From positions 5,901 through 69,900 of the forward strand of contig CAYRQJ010000005.1 of NCBI GenBank assembly GCA_964426555.1: a stretch of DNA of 64,000 nucleotides, given 5' to 3'. The notes under the pieces were generated by a model. That model was given only the letters and a program-made list of their open reading frames with translations. It was not told the DNA's origin and did not search any database. The position numbers and the translations under genes were made by a program. The stretch is from an uncultured Candidatus Saccharibacteria bacterium. GTDB taxonomy: Bacteria > Patescibacteriota > Minisyncoccia > Phycocordibacterales > UBA9973. Position 1 is the stretch's first letter. Each line of letters begins with the position of its first letter. Below are positions 48,708 to 57,996 of this stretch, piece after piece.

Positions 48708-49244
48708 ATGAGTATTAATAAAGAAGACATGTTAGTCAAGGTCTACGAGCTTGGCTACCACCTGATTCCGACATTAGCGGAAGAAGAGGTTCCACAATAT
48801 GTCAATAAAATCAAAGATGCGCTCGACTCGTACGGGGCGGTTATTATTAGTGAAGAAATGCCAAAACGTATGGAATTGGCATACACAATGAACCCAAGTG
48901 TTAAAAACAAAAAACAAAAGTTCGCCAAAGCTTATTTTGGATGGATCAAGTTTGAAGTAGACACAGAGTCAGCTAACGCTTTTAAGAAATTAATAGAAGA
49001 TATGGATGAAGTATTTCGTTCACTTCTAATTATTACAGTTCGTGAAAACACAATGGCTCCAAAGAAATTGTTTAGTGCTCCAAAGAAAAGAACAACTCAC
49101 CACGCAAGTAGTGACGAAAAGATTGATGTTGCAGTAGTAGACAAAGAAATTGATGCTCTTGTTGACGGAGAAACTGAAGATGCAATTACTGCTCCAGAAG
49201 TAGAAGAAGTAACAGAAGACACAACACCAGAAGATACAATTTAG
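48708..49244 (+). CDS. rpsF: 30S ribosomal protein S6 with acidic C-terminal extension
   Basis: YELGYHLIPTLAEEE...KAYFGWIKFE...LIITVRE. Followed by ssb and rpsR. Confidence 0.8.
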   Translation: MSINKEDMLVKVYELGYHLIPTLAEEEVPQYVNKIKDALDSYGAVIISEEMPKRMELAYTMNPSVKNKKQKFAKAYFGWIKFEVDTESANAFKKLIEDMDEVFRSLLIITVRENTMAPKKLFSAPKKRTTHHASSDEKIDVAVVDKEIDALVDGETEDAITAPEVEEVTEDTTPEDTI

Positions 49245-49276
49245 AAAACAATTAATAATAATTAATATAAAACTAT

Positions 49277-49741
49277 ATGTACTATAACCAAGCTCTAATA
49301 ATAGGAAACCTAACTCGCGACCCAGAACTAAAAGCATTGCCAAGTGGTATCAAAGTAGCAACATTTACAATTGCCACAAACCGTACTTGGAAAAATCCCC
49401 AAGGTCAAAAAGAAACAGCAACTGACTATCATAATGTAGTAGCATTTGGTAACCAAGGCGAAACAATCGCACGGTACATGAAAAAAGGTAACATCATGAT
49501 GATAAACGGACGCATGCAAACTCGTTCTTGGGATGGCCCAGACGGAACAAAGCGTTACCGTACAGAAATAGTTACTGATGGATTCCAATTTGGACCAAAG
49601 ATTAGTAATGGTAGTGAAATGGGAGTAGCTGGACCATCTGCATTCAAAGGCGAAGATACATCTATGGATGGGTCAGCTGATGATTTCGGACCAATCGATT
49701 ACCCGCAAGAAGATAATAACCTGGAAGACATTCCTTTTTAA
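49277..49741 (+). CDS. ssb: Single-stranded DNA-binding protein
   Basis: OB fold, and a C-terminal DIPF tail. Confidence 0.9.
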   Translation: MYYNQALIIGNLTRDPELKALPSGIKVATFTIATNRTWKNPQGQKETATDYHNVVAFGNQGETIARYMKKGNIMMINGRMQTRSWDGPDGTKRYRTEIVTDGFQFGPKISNGSEMGVAGPSAFKGEDTSMDGSADDFGPIDYPQEDNNLEDIPF

Positions 49742-49751
49742 TTTATAAATT

Positions 49752-49955
49752 ATGAATAAACAAGATTTTTTTACTCAAAATAATCTAAAGCATGTGGACT
49801 ATAAAGACACAGAACTATTAAAAAAGTTCTTGGCTCCAAATGCAAGATTACTTTCTCGTCGTAAGACAAACCTTACAGCAAAAAACCAACGCAAGATGGA
49901 AGAAGCTGTAAAGCGCGCAAGATTTATGGGATTACTTCCATTTATCGCAAAATAA
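49752..49955 (+). CDS. rpsR: 30S ribosomal protein S18
   Basis: RRKTNLTAKNQRKMEEAVKRARFMGLLPF. Confidence 0.9.
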   Translation: MNKQDFFTQNNLKHVDYKDTELLKKFLAPNARLLSRRKTNLTAKNQRKMEEAVKRARFMGLLPFIAK

Positions 49956-49974
49956 TAGTTTTTTAAAACACAAC

Positions 49975-50034
49975 AAAAGCCTCAGAAATGGGGCTTTTGT
50001 TGTGTTTGACTTTCTTTAAAATTTGTTTTATAAT
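49975..50034 (+). promoter_or_regulatory. Terminator hairpin followed by sigma70-like promoter (TTGACT, 17 nt, TATAAT) for dgkA-like gene
   Basis: AAGCC...GGCTT hairpin + T-run. TTGACT at 50006-50011 and TATAAT at 50029-50034. The block GTGTTTGACTTT is shared with 23246. Confidence 0.5.
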
Positions 50035-50053
50035 ATGTAAAATTATTTAAAAT

Positions 50054-50401
50054 ATGAAAAAATTCTTTAAAGGTTTTGTGTATGCCGCGAATGGTATTGC
50101 CGAAGCAATAAAAGTTAGAGGAAATATTCTTGTGCACTTATGTGCTGGAATAATTTCCATTTTTATGGGCTTTTATTTTAATATTAGCCAAATAGAATGG
50201 GTGTTTGTCACCATACTTATTGTTCTAGTTATTGCAGCGGAAATGATAAATACATCTATTGAAAAAGTTGTAGATATGATTTCTCTTAATAAAAATGAAC
50301 AAGCTCGAATTATAAAAGATATCAGTGCTGGGTCAGTATTGGTTATCTCAATTGGAGCATTAATAATTGGGTTAATAATATTTATCCCAAAAATTTTCTA
50401 A
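50054..50401 (+). CDS. Diacylglycerol/undecaprenol kinase (DgkA family)
   Basis: EMINTSIE motif and 3 TM helices. Confidence 0.8.
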   Translation: MKKFFKGFVYAANGIAEAIKVRGNILVHLCAGIISIFMGFYFNISQIEWVFVTILIVLVIAAEMINTSIEKVVDMISLNKNEQARIIKDISAGSVLVISIGALIIGLIIFIPKIF

Positions 50402-50417
50402 AAATTATTTTTTTAAA

Positions 50418-50446
50418 GAAACCCGGAATGATTTCGGGTTTTTATT
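50418..50446 (+). terminator. Intrinsic terminator (AACCCG-GAATGATTT-CGGGTT + T-run)
   Basis: Stem followed by TTTTATTTT. Confidence 0.7.
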
Positions 50447-50464
50447 TTGTGCTATAGTTAGATT

Positions 50465-51169
50465 ATGGAAAAAAATAATAGCTTAGAAACTATGAAAAAA
50501 TGCGCAGCAATGGGGGATAAAATTTTTGCCCAAGTTTGTGTTCAGCTAAAAAAGCATGCTTTAAAAACAGAAATTGAATTAGCAGATTATATAAAAAATG
50601 AGATATATAAACTGGGGGCAAAAGAATCTTTCCCGGTAATTGTTACATCTGGTCCAAGAGCAGGGAATAATATTCATCCCACTCCGACTACTGCTGTAAT
50701 ACAGGGATTTGTGATTATAGATTTTGGTATAAAGCTGGGCGGGTATTGTAGCGACATGACCCGTACAGCATATGTTGGTAAGCCAATGAAAGATGAGATT
50801 GCAGTATATAATACCGTTTTAAGAGCCCAAATTGGCTCTACAAGCTACCTTAAGTCTGGTTTACCAGTATCTGCACCAGACGCATTTGTACGAGGGATTT
50901 TGGCTGAAAATAGGTATAAAGGCAGGGAACTGGGGCAATATTTTATTCATACATTAGGGCATGGAATATCTAAAAAAGTCCACGAATCTCCAAAGATTTA
51001 TTATAAATCAAAAGAAATTTTTAAAATGGGTAAAGTTGTCACATCCGAACCTGGGATATATATTCCTAAAACCTTGGGCATAAGAATAGAAGACATGTAT
51101 TTGATTACTGACGGAGAACCGCAACAAATTACCAAAAGTAAAAAAGAGTTATTAGTTTTTCATAAATAA
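50465..51169 (+). CDS. M24-family metallopeptidase (Xaa-Pro aminopeptidase-like catalytic domain)
   Basis: IIDFGIKLGGYCSDMTRT, HTLGHGIS, VHESP and SEPGIY metal ligands. TGcTATAGT promoter 6 nt upstream of the ATG. Confidence 0.7.
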   Translation: MEKNNSLETMKKCAAMGDKIFAQVCVQLKKHALKTEIELADYIKNEIYKLGAKESFPVIVTSGPRAGNNIHPTPTTAVIQGFVIIDFGIKLGGYCSDMTRTAYVGKPMKDEIAVYNTVLRAQIGSTSYLKSGLPVSAPDAFVRGILAENRYKGRELGQYFIHTLGHGISKKVHESPKIYYKSKEIFKMGKVVTSEPGIYIPKTLGIRIEDMYLITDGEPQQITKSKKELLVFHK

Positions 51170-51173
51170 AAAT

Positions 51174-51196
51174 CCCAGACGTCCAACGTCTGGGAG
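51174..51196. terminator. Palindromic hairpin (TCCCAGACG-TCCAA-CGTCTGGGA)
   Basis: 9-bp stem preceded by an A-run on the + strand. Confidence 0.5.
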
Positions 51197-51220
51197 TCGA
51201 AAAAGGGAAGTAGTATATAC

Positions 51221-51250
51221 TAAAAAAGCCTTAAAAATAAGGCTTTTTTA
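51221..51250. terminator. Bidirectional terminator (A6, AAGCCTTA-AAAAT-AAGGCTT, T6) between convergent M24 peptidase and efp
   Basis: Stem at 51227-51246. Confidence 0.7.
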
Positions 51251-51295
51251 GTAATTTTGTTTAAATATCCTTATAAAATAAGGCTAAATGGGGAA

Positions 51296-51874
51296 TTAAG
51301 AAGTTACTCTTTCTGCGTATTCGCCACTGTCAGTATTTATACGTACAGTTTCGCCTTCGGCAATAAACAGTGGAACTTCTACTTGAGTACCGTTTTCCAA
51401 AGTAACACGCTTGTTACTACCACTGGCAGATGCGCCTTTTATAGCTGGTGGGGCTTCTTTAACTACAAAATCCATTTTTACTGGTAGTTTGATACCAATT
51501 ATTTTTTCTTCGTCATCAAAATCAAATATCATTGATTCAACTTCACTGTTTGGTTTTAACCATTTTTTGTTGTCACCAACCAATGTATCTTCCAAAGTGA
51601 ATCTATTTGACGGGTTTTTGATATCACAAAACCAATGTTCAGTCCCCTTTGAATATAAAAATTTTATTGGGCGCTTTGTAATGTCGGCTTCATCCACACT
51701 GTCAGAAGCATGAAAAACTGTGTTTACTCCACGACCACTAACTAACGAACGCATTTTTACTTGGTTCTGAGGTTTTCTTTGTTGAGTGCGGGCTATATGA
51801 TAGTCTAAGACTACATAAGGTTCATTTTCGTAGATTATAACCTTGCCTTTCTTTATTTCGCTGTATTCTAACAT
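51296..51874 (-). CDS. efp: Elongation factor P
   Basis: Three OB/KOW-like domains; start sequence KGKVIIYENEPY. A conserved Lys32-equivalent loop is present. Confidence 0.9.
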   Translation of the reverse strand: MLEYSEIKKGKVIIYENEPYVVLDYHIARTQQRKPQNQVKMRSLVSGRGVNTVFHASDSVDEADITKRPIKFLYSKGTEHWFCDIKNPSNRFTLEDTLVGDNKKWLKPNSEVESMIFDFDDEEKIIGIKLPVKMDFVVKEAPPAIKGASASGSNKRVTLENGTQVEVPLFIAEGETVRINTDSGEYAERVTS

Positions 51875-52024
51875 GGGTATATCTTAACTTAGTAATTAGT
51901 ATTTTTCAAGCTATATAAAAATAAGCTCTTTTCAAAATGCACACATAATTCTTTGAGAAGAATTTGCTCTGCTCGAAGGATGGACCTTCTGCGCAAGGCA
52001 TTTTTCAAAGACTTATTTTCTAAA

Positions 52025-52063
52025 GTCCTCCTCCTGCCAAGGGGAGGATTTAGGTGGGGTGCG
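52025..52063. repeat. 39-nt GC-rich hairpin repeat, copy 2
   Basis: AAAGTCCTCCTCCTGCCAAGGGGAGGATTTAGGTGGGGT; one mismatch to 48625-48663. Confidence 0.7.
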
Positions 52064-52067
52064 CGTT

Positions 52068-52403
52068 TTAATCTACTTTAAACTTTTCGATCATTGGTAG
52101 ATAACCTTTGTGTTTACCAGCAAATGATTTTGTCATATCTTCGCCACATTTAAATATATCACCACCTGTATGTTGTGATTTAAATTCAGTTACATCATAA
52201 TTACCACCTTGAATTGTGATTATACATCTTTCACCTTCTGCTAATTTTTCTTTTTCACCGTCAGTATTTACGGTTGCAGATTGTTCTGTGTCTACAGTGT
52301 AATTGTATTCTTTGTATTGTTTTTTGCCTTTTACAATTCCAAAAGCAATTATCACTACTGCCAAGATTACAATAACTAATGTAATTTTCTTATTTGTTGT
52401 CAT
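52068..52403 (-). CDS. Membrane-anchored cytochrome b5-like heme-binding domain protein (tentative)
   Basis: YDVTEFKSQHTGGDIF...CGEDMTKSFAGKHKG resembles the cytochrome b5 H-P-G-G and AG-D-A-T-x-x-F motifs. N-terminal TM helix. Confidence 0.45.
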   Translation of the reverse strand: MTTNKKITLVIVILAVVIIAFGIVKGKKQYKEYNYTVDTEQSATVNTDGEKEKLAEGERCIITIQGGNYDVTEFKSQHTGGDIFKCGEDMTKSFAGKHKGYLPMIEKFKVD

Positions 52404-52449
52404 ATTACTAAACTTTATTTTTTATAAACTTTTAATCTTATAAATTAAT

Positions 52450-53556
52450 TTATTCTCCTGACTGCGCAGGCAGGTCTTCACTAGCACTAGTCTTCAAAAA
52501 ATTTCCTTGCATTACATCAAATTGACTTTTAATGTCTTCAAAAATTGCTTTTGCTAATTTTGGGTTTTCTTTTAAATATGTACGTGTAGCGTCATATCCA
52601 CGAGCCAGTTTTATTTCTTCTTCGCCAGCTTTTGGTTTTACAGGAGTATAGCTATACGAGGATCCTGATTTCGAGACTACTTTACATTGTTCACCCAGTG
52701 CAATTAATTCACCTTCGTGAGATATGCCTTCACCATAAATAATATCAAATTCAGTTTGTTTAAAAGGAGCTGCAACTTTGTTCTTCACTACTTTTACACG
52801 AGTTCGCGACCCCACAACATCTTCACCTTTTTTGATTTGAGCAATTCTACGAATGTCTAATCTTATGGAAGTATAAAATTTCAAAGCTTTACCGCCTGGA
52901 GTAGTTTCTGGGTTACCAAACATTACACCTATTTGCATACGAATTTGGTTGATAAATATTACCACAGTGTGCGAGCGTGCCACAATTGCTGTTAGTTTGC
53001 GCAAAGCTTGAGACATTAGTCTAGCTTGTTTACCCATATGAGATTGACCCATGTCGCCTTCGATTTCGTCTTTTGGAGTCAATGCTGCTACAGAGTCAAT
53101 AACAATTACGTCAATTTTTCCAGAACGTATCAATGCTTCGGTAATTTCTAAAGCTTGTTCACCATGGTCAGGTTGAGATATCAATAATTCTTTTGTATTT
53201 ACACCCAAATTCTTTGCGTATTCTGGATCCATTGCGTGTTCGGCATCAATATATGCACAAGTACCACCTTTTTTCTGAGATTCAGCAACAATATGTAATG
53301 CCAATGTTGTCTTACCACTAGATTCTGGTCCAAAGATTTCAATAATTCTTCCACACGGGACTCCACCAACACCCAGAGCCATATCTAGTCCTACTGATCC
53401 AGTTGGGATAACTGAAAGATTTACTTTAGGTTTGTCACCCAATTTCATTATTGCACCTTCACCGTATTTAGATTCTATAGACCGCAAGGTTGCTTCTAAT
53501 GCGGATGAACCCAGTTCTTCTTTTGGAGCCTTTTTTGCTTTTTTTGTAACTGCCAT
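52450..53556 (-). CDS. recA: Recombinase RecA
   Basis: Walker [11 protein letters not shown]1/L2 loops, Lys/Glu-rich N-terminal extension. Confidence 0.95.
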   Translation of the reverse strand: MAVTKKAKKAPKEELGSSALEATLRSIESKYGEGAIMKLGDKPKVNLSVIPTGSVGLDMALGVGGVPCGRIIEIFGPESSGKTTLALHIVAESQKKGGTCAYIDAEHAMDPEYAKNLGVNTKELLISQPDHGEQALEITEALIRSGKIDVIVIDSVAALTPKDEIEGDMGQSHMGKQARLMSQALRKLTAIVARSHTVVIFINQIRMQIGVMFGNPETTPGGKALKFYTSIRLDIRRIAQIKKGEDVVGSRTRVKVVKNKVAAPFKQTEFDIIYGEGISHEGELIALGEQCKVVSKSGSSYSYTPVKPKAGEEEIKLARGYDATRTYLKENPKLAKAIFEDIKSQFDVMQGNFLKTSASEDLPAQSGE

Positions 53557-53579
53557 ACAATTATTTTTATTACTTTTAA

Positions 53580-53993
53580 TTAATTTTTATTTTCATCTAA
53601 ATTTAAATGCGCAAATTCTTTTCCTATTTCATGAATACTCATGCTACCGCTCATTGTTATTTCTTTTGTGTGTGTACGCCCACGAACATCTTCAGCGGTG
53701 ATTGTAATTTTATTCATTCCGGGTATCAAAACTAATTCATCAGCAAAATCTCCATGGGTGTTTATTAGTACAGCTCGTCCATTTATAAACAAAGTTCTTG
53801 CATGGTTTGCATTACCTGTAATTACAAATGAGTCTGGGGTATTGTTGTCACTAATTGTATCAAAGATTTTTATATCAACACCACGCATCACAGGAATAAT
53901 TCTCATCACTCCATATACCAAAACCATTGACCCAAAGCCAACCAGTAGCCATTTCCATAATTTTCCTCCGATAGTGTTGATAGAATTTGTCAT
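53580..53993 (-). CDS. Hypothetical membrane-anchored protein
   Basis: 137-aa ORF with an N-terminal TM and a beta-rich domain. Confidence 0.4.
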   Translation of the reverse strand: MTNSINTIGGKLWKWLLVGFGSMVLVYGVMRIIPVMRGVDIKIFDTISDNNTPDSFVITGNANHARTLFINGRAVLINTHGDFADELVLIPGMNKITITAEDVRGRTHTKEITMSGSMSIHEIGKEFAHLNLDENKN

Positions 53994-53996
53994 ATA

Positions 53997-56258
53997 CTAT
54001 ATTTCAACTTCGTTATTTATTTCACTGTCGTGTTTGACCAATACTTCTCGTGGTTTTGCACCGTCTGCTGATCCAATTATACCACGGTCTTCTAGCATAT
54101 CCATTAGTCTTGCAGCTCGGGCGTAACCAACTTTCAGTTTTCTTTGTAGATACGAAGTACTAGCGCGTCCAGCATTCATAATCTCTTGTTTTGCTAACTC
54201 ATACATTTCATCGTCATCGCCACTGTCACCATCAAGAGACGCTGAGAATATATCAGTATTACTGCCAGCATTGTTGCTGGTTTGGAAATTTACTTCATTA
54301 GGTAATTCGTCTTTAAATGCATTTACAAGATAAGCCACGACATTTTTAACTTCGTCTTCAGATATAAATGCAGATTGCAGTCTTTCTGGTTGAGGTGAAT
54401 CACTGGATAGATATAGCATATCTCCTCGGCCCAATAATTTTTCAGCACCAGGCTGGTCTATAATAGTACGAGAATCAATTTGTGATGCTACTTGCAATGC
54501 TACACGTGTAGGGATATTGGCTTTGATTAGTCCAGTAATGACTTCCACGCTTGGTCTTTGTGTAGAAACAACAAGATGAATACCCACAGCACGAGACATT
54601 TGGGCCAGTCGCACAATTGCAGATTCCAATTCTCTTGGATATGCTTGCATTAAATCAGCCAGTTCATCAATCACAATTACTATATATGGCATTGGGTCTA
54701 CACCAGACTTTTCTGCATTTTTAGCTACAGTATTGTGATAAGATTCAATATCGCGAACTTTGCAGTCTTCCAGTATATCGTAACGGCGCTCCATTTCTTT
54801 TGCGGCCCATTTTAATGCCATGATGGCTTGTTTTGGTTGAGTAATAACTGGAGACAATAAATGAGGAATACCATTGTACAATGTTAACTCTACGCGTTTT
54901 GGATCTACGAATATTAGACGCAATGCATCTGGTCCATTTCTATATAGTAGTGATGTTATCAATGTATGAATAGTTACAGATTTACCAGACCCTGTAGTAC
55001 CAGCAATCAAAGCATGTGGCATCTTTGCGAGATCTGCTACTACAGATTTACCAGACAAACCTCGTCCCAATGCTACAAGTAATGGCTTCTTACCTTCCGC
55101 ATAATTAGAATCCGAGAAAAGACTAGCCAAACCAACCATAGATTTAACTTTGTTTGGTATTTCGATCCCCACCAAAGATTTACCAGGAATAGGTGCTTCG
55201 ATACGAATTGGGTGCGCCGCCAATGCCAATGCCAAATCTTGTTGTAGTGCAATAATCCGAGTTAGTTTTACACCTTGAGCAGGTTTCAATGCGTAACGGG
55301 TTACTGTTGGTCCAACAGTGATTTCGTCCATTTCTACATCTATACCAAAGTTAGCCAATGTGCGTTTTATAATATTTGAATTAGCCTTAATGTCACCAAC
55401 ATTTGGTTTACCTTTGTCAGTCTCTAGTAATGACAGTGGTGGTGGGGTATACACACTGCGTTTGTGAACTTTGACTTCAAAATCGGCACTTGGAATAGTT
55501 TGCATACCTGTAACTTTGACTTCTTTTTGGGTAGTAGGGGAGATTTTTTTAGGAGATAAAATATTCTTCATTTCATCTTCTAATGATTCTGTTTCTTCCT
55601 CGTCATCTTCATTTTCGTCATCAATAGCATCTTCTTCGTATTCATATTCGTCCTCGTTTTCTTCTTTTTTAGATCGCATAAATGCTGGCAATTGTAGCTT
55701 GAATGTGGGTAGATTAAATCTGTTGGCGTCAATATTGACATGACCAGAATCAGACAGTAATAGTACACAAACTATCAGTACTCCTGCGAGTAATACCGCA
55801 CTGGTAATTGGCCCAATTTGACTACGCAAACTAGTAGCTAATACGTCTCCGGCAGTGCCACCCATGTGTGCAACGGGGCCCAAAATATTTAGCAATGCCA
55901 AGAAAACAAAAACCAAAATCAAGGTCAAAATTGATGGTAAAATTTTGAAACTTATCTTCTTTTGAAACAATAATTTTACACCCAAAATTGTCGTAAATAA
56001 TGGTAGTAATGGGTACAGTAAACCGAACACATTTTCCAACTTTTTATACAGCGAAATTCCAAAATTTCCAGCTTGTCCAAATGGTCCCAAAATCAGTATT
56101 AAAGACACCACAATTAGTAGTAAACCCAACAAAGTTTTTTTAGTTTTTGAGCTCACGGAAACGGGCTTGATTTCGGGGATAGAAAACCGTGGCAGAGATA
56201 AATCTCCGTCTTTAATTCCCAGCAACTTGCCACCTTTTTTTGATTTTGTTTTTGCCAT
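53997..56258 (-). CDS. ftsK: DNA translocase FtsK/SpoIIIE
   Basis: N-terminal 4-5 TM, acidic linker, motor domain with P-loop GTTGSGKS, C-terminal gamma wHTH. Confidence 0.9.
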   Translation of the reverse strand: MAKTKSKKGGKLLGIKDGDLSLPRFSIPEIKPVSVSSKTKKTLLGLLLIVVSLILILGPFGQAGNFGISLYKKLENVFGLLYPLLPLFTTILGVKLLFQKKISFKILPSILTLILVFVFLALLNILGPVAHMGGTAGDVLATSLRSQIGPITSAVLLAGVLIVCVLLLSDSGHVNIDANRFNLPTFKLQLPAFMRSKKEENEDEYEYEEDAIDDENEDDEEETESLEDEMKNILSPKKISPTTQKEVKVTGMQTIPSADFEVKVHKRSVYTPPPLSLLETDKGKPNVGDIKANSNIIKRTLANFGIDVEMDEITVGPTVTRYALKPAQGVKLTRIIALQQDLALALAAHPIRIEAPIPGKSLVGIEIPNKVKSMVGLASLFSDSNYAEGKKPLLVALGRGLSGKSVVADLAKMPHALIAGTTGSGKSVTIHTLITSLLYRNGPDALRLIFVDPKRVELTLYNGIPHLLSPVITQPKQAIMALKWAAKEMERRYDILEDCKVRDIESYHNTVAKNAEKSGVDPMPYIVIVIDELADLMQAYPRELESAIVRLAQMSRAVGIHLVVSTQRPSVEVITGLIKANIPTRVALQVASQIDSRTIIDQPGAEKLLGRGDMLYLSSDSPQPERLQSAFISEDEVKNVVAYLVNAFKDELPNEVNFQTSNNAGSNTDIFSASLDGDSGDDDEMYELAKQEIMNAGRASTSYLQRKLKVGYARAARLMDMLEDRGIIGSADGAKPREVLVKHDSEINNEVEI

Positions 56259-56364
56259 CTTTTTTATAAAAAAATATGTATATATTATATGTTTTTTTAC
56301 ACAAAAACAAAAGGGGAAAAGCTCTTATATTTCAGCATAAAATGTGTTCTAAATTTTTAATTTA

Positions 56365-56474
56365 TTACGGACATTTTACAGGTCTTACGGACATAAAATC
56401 TTATTAAAGACATTTGCATCTTTATAAAAGACATGTATAATAACAATATCAATTTCTTACGGACATGGATGTCC
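56365..56474 (+). promoter_or_regulatory. Operator-like array: three direct TTACGGACAT repeats and a GGACAT-GG-ATGTCC palindrome between a TATAAT box and the 56509 start
   Basis: Copies at 56365-74, 56385-94 and 56457-66. Palindrome at 56461-74. TATAAT at 56436-41. A second palindrome, GGACAT-CT-ATGTCC, lies at 56570-83 inside the CDS. Confidence 0.5.
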
Positions 56475-56508
56475 ATGAGATAAAATTATAAAGGACAATG
56501 AATAAATT

Positions 56509-57315
56509 ATGGCTGAATTAGAAAACACACAAATCGAAAAAAAGTCTTATATTACAACAACTTCCTATCGGACATCTATGTCCTTGATAAAGAAATTGCA
56601 ACAAATAACGATGGCTGTATACATGGTAACTGATTGTGTGGAAGATTCTGAACCATTGCGCTACGAAGCCCGCTCAGCCGCATTAAGCGCCATGAAATCA
56701 ATCTCTAAAGTTATGGGTTATCCGCAGACCAGTTCAGTAGAATTTCGTGCTGCAAATGCATCTGTAAAATTGGTAAAAGAACACATTTCAATACTGGAAA
56801 TCATGGGCTATGTTTCATCTATGAATGCCAACATTTTGATCAGCGAAATTGATAAATTTATTGCCCGTTTAGACACATCATTACTCGACATTGATTCACC
56901 TCATGAAGCCAAAATTCCCCTACGATCTGATATGACATTTGGTATAGACTTAGGAGAGCTTTTCTTTAAAAATAATACTGAAAATAACAGCCAAAATAAC
57001 CCTGAAAATGAGACCTATAATGAGGCACAATTTGCAGGAGAAGATATGGTTCAAAAACCCCTTGGCCGCCTGGAAAAAGAGATGGGTAAATTAAAGAGAA
57101 AAAGCCTGATTTTGAAGCTATTCCGCGAGCTACCATCACCCAATGGTTTCAAGGAACTAACCATGAACGAACTGGTGGAAAAATACAGCCGTTATGGTGG
57201 GGAAGGCCAGATCAGTGAAAAGACAATTCAACGCGAATTAGGGGAGCTAACTTTGGACGGAACCTTGGAAAAAATTGGCCAAAAAAGATGGGTCAAATAT
57301 CGTCTAAAAAAATAA
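56509..57315 (+). CDS. Hypothetical protein with C-terminal winged-helix-like DNA-binding region (putative regulator)
   Basis: C-terminal ISEKTIQRELGELTLDGTLEKIGQKRWVKYRL resembles wHTH recognition helix plus wing. GC content and codon usage differ from neighbours. Confidence 0.45.
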   Translation: MAELENTQIEKKSYITTTSYRTSMSLIKKLQQITMAVYMVTDCVEDSEPLRYEARSAALSAMKSISKVMGYPQTSSVEFRAANASVKLVKEHISILEIMGYVSSMNANILISEIDKFIARLDTSLLDIDSPHEAKIPLRSDMTFGIDLGELFFKNNTENNSQNNPENETYNEAQFAGEDMVQKPLGRLEKEMGKLKRKSLILKLFRELPSPNGFKELTMNELVEKYSRYGGEGQISEKTIQRELGELTLDGTLEKIGQKRWVKYRLKK

Positions 57316-57996
57316 ATCGGGGGCTATACATTTGCTGTGGATAACCTTGCGAAAAATAGCTCTATTATGTTATACTAATTTCAGTGGACGGATTTTATTC
57401 GTTCACCCATTCGGACCGATCATTGAAAACTGAATATCGACCGTGAACGCATCATATGTGTTTGCATCAACTTCAGTTCGGTTTTCGCACAGTGATGCTC
57501 TGATTATTTTTTATTAAATTTTCTTAGCATGATAGACACTTTGCGGATATCGGTTTCACTGTCGGCATCCGTATCGGCCCTGTCGACAAGGCGGATAGCA
57601 TTGCTAAAAATAGTGTACTATTACGCTGTTACAATGTTTTCTGGGCAAATTATTTGTTAATTCAAATATGGCGCCACCGGAGATTGAAAGATACTTTAAA
57701 AATATTTTTTAATCTTTGCGTTCTCATACACTGCGCTACGTTTTCGTGTATGTTCCGGACAGATTATTTCACGGAAGTTGAAAATTTATTTCTAAATAAA
57801 TTTTTACAAGTTTATAAATTCGGATAGAGGAATTTATTAACAAGAAATATATTTGGTGCATCTTCGCTTATACTTATCTAATTAATTTTAGAAGGTGTCG
57901 AAATAAGCAATAAATTATGCATCGTAGAATACATATATATGTACATGTTTATTTTATAGACAATGGCATGTGTAGGTATCACCTACAAAAAACAAA

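Noticed and set aside
57316-57996. RNase P RNA or tmRNA in the 680-nt ORF-free region
   Set aside because: No GGAAAGTCCGG/P4 motifs and no tRNA-like 3' end (GGTTCGAATCC...CCA) were found. The superficial GGACGG...TTCG resemblance was judged to be chance.
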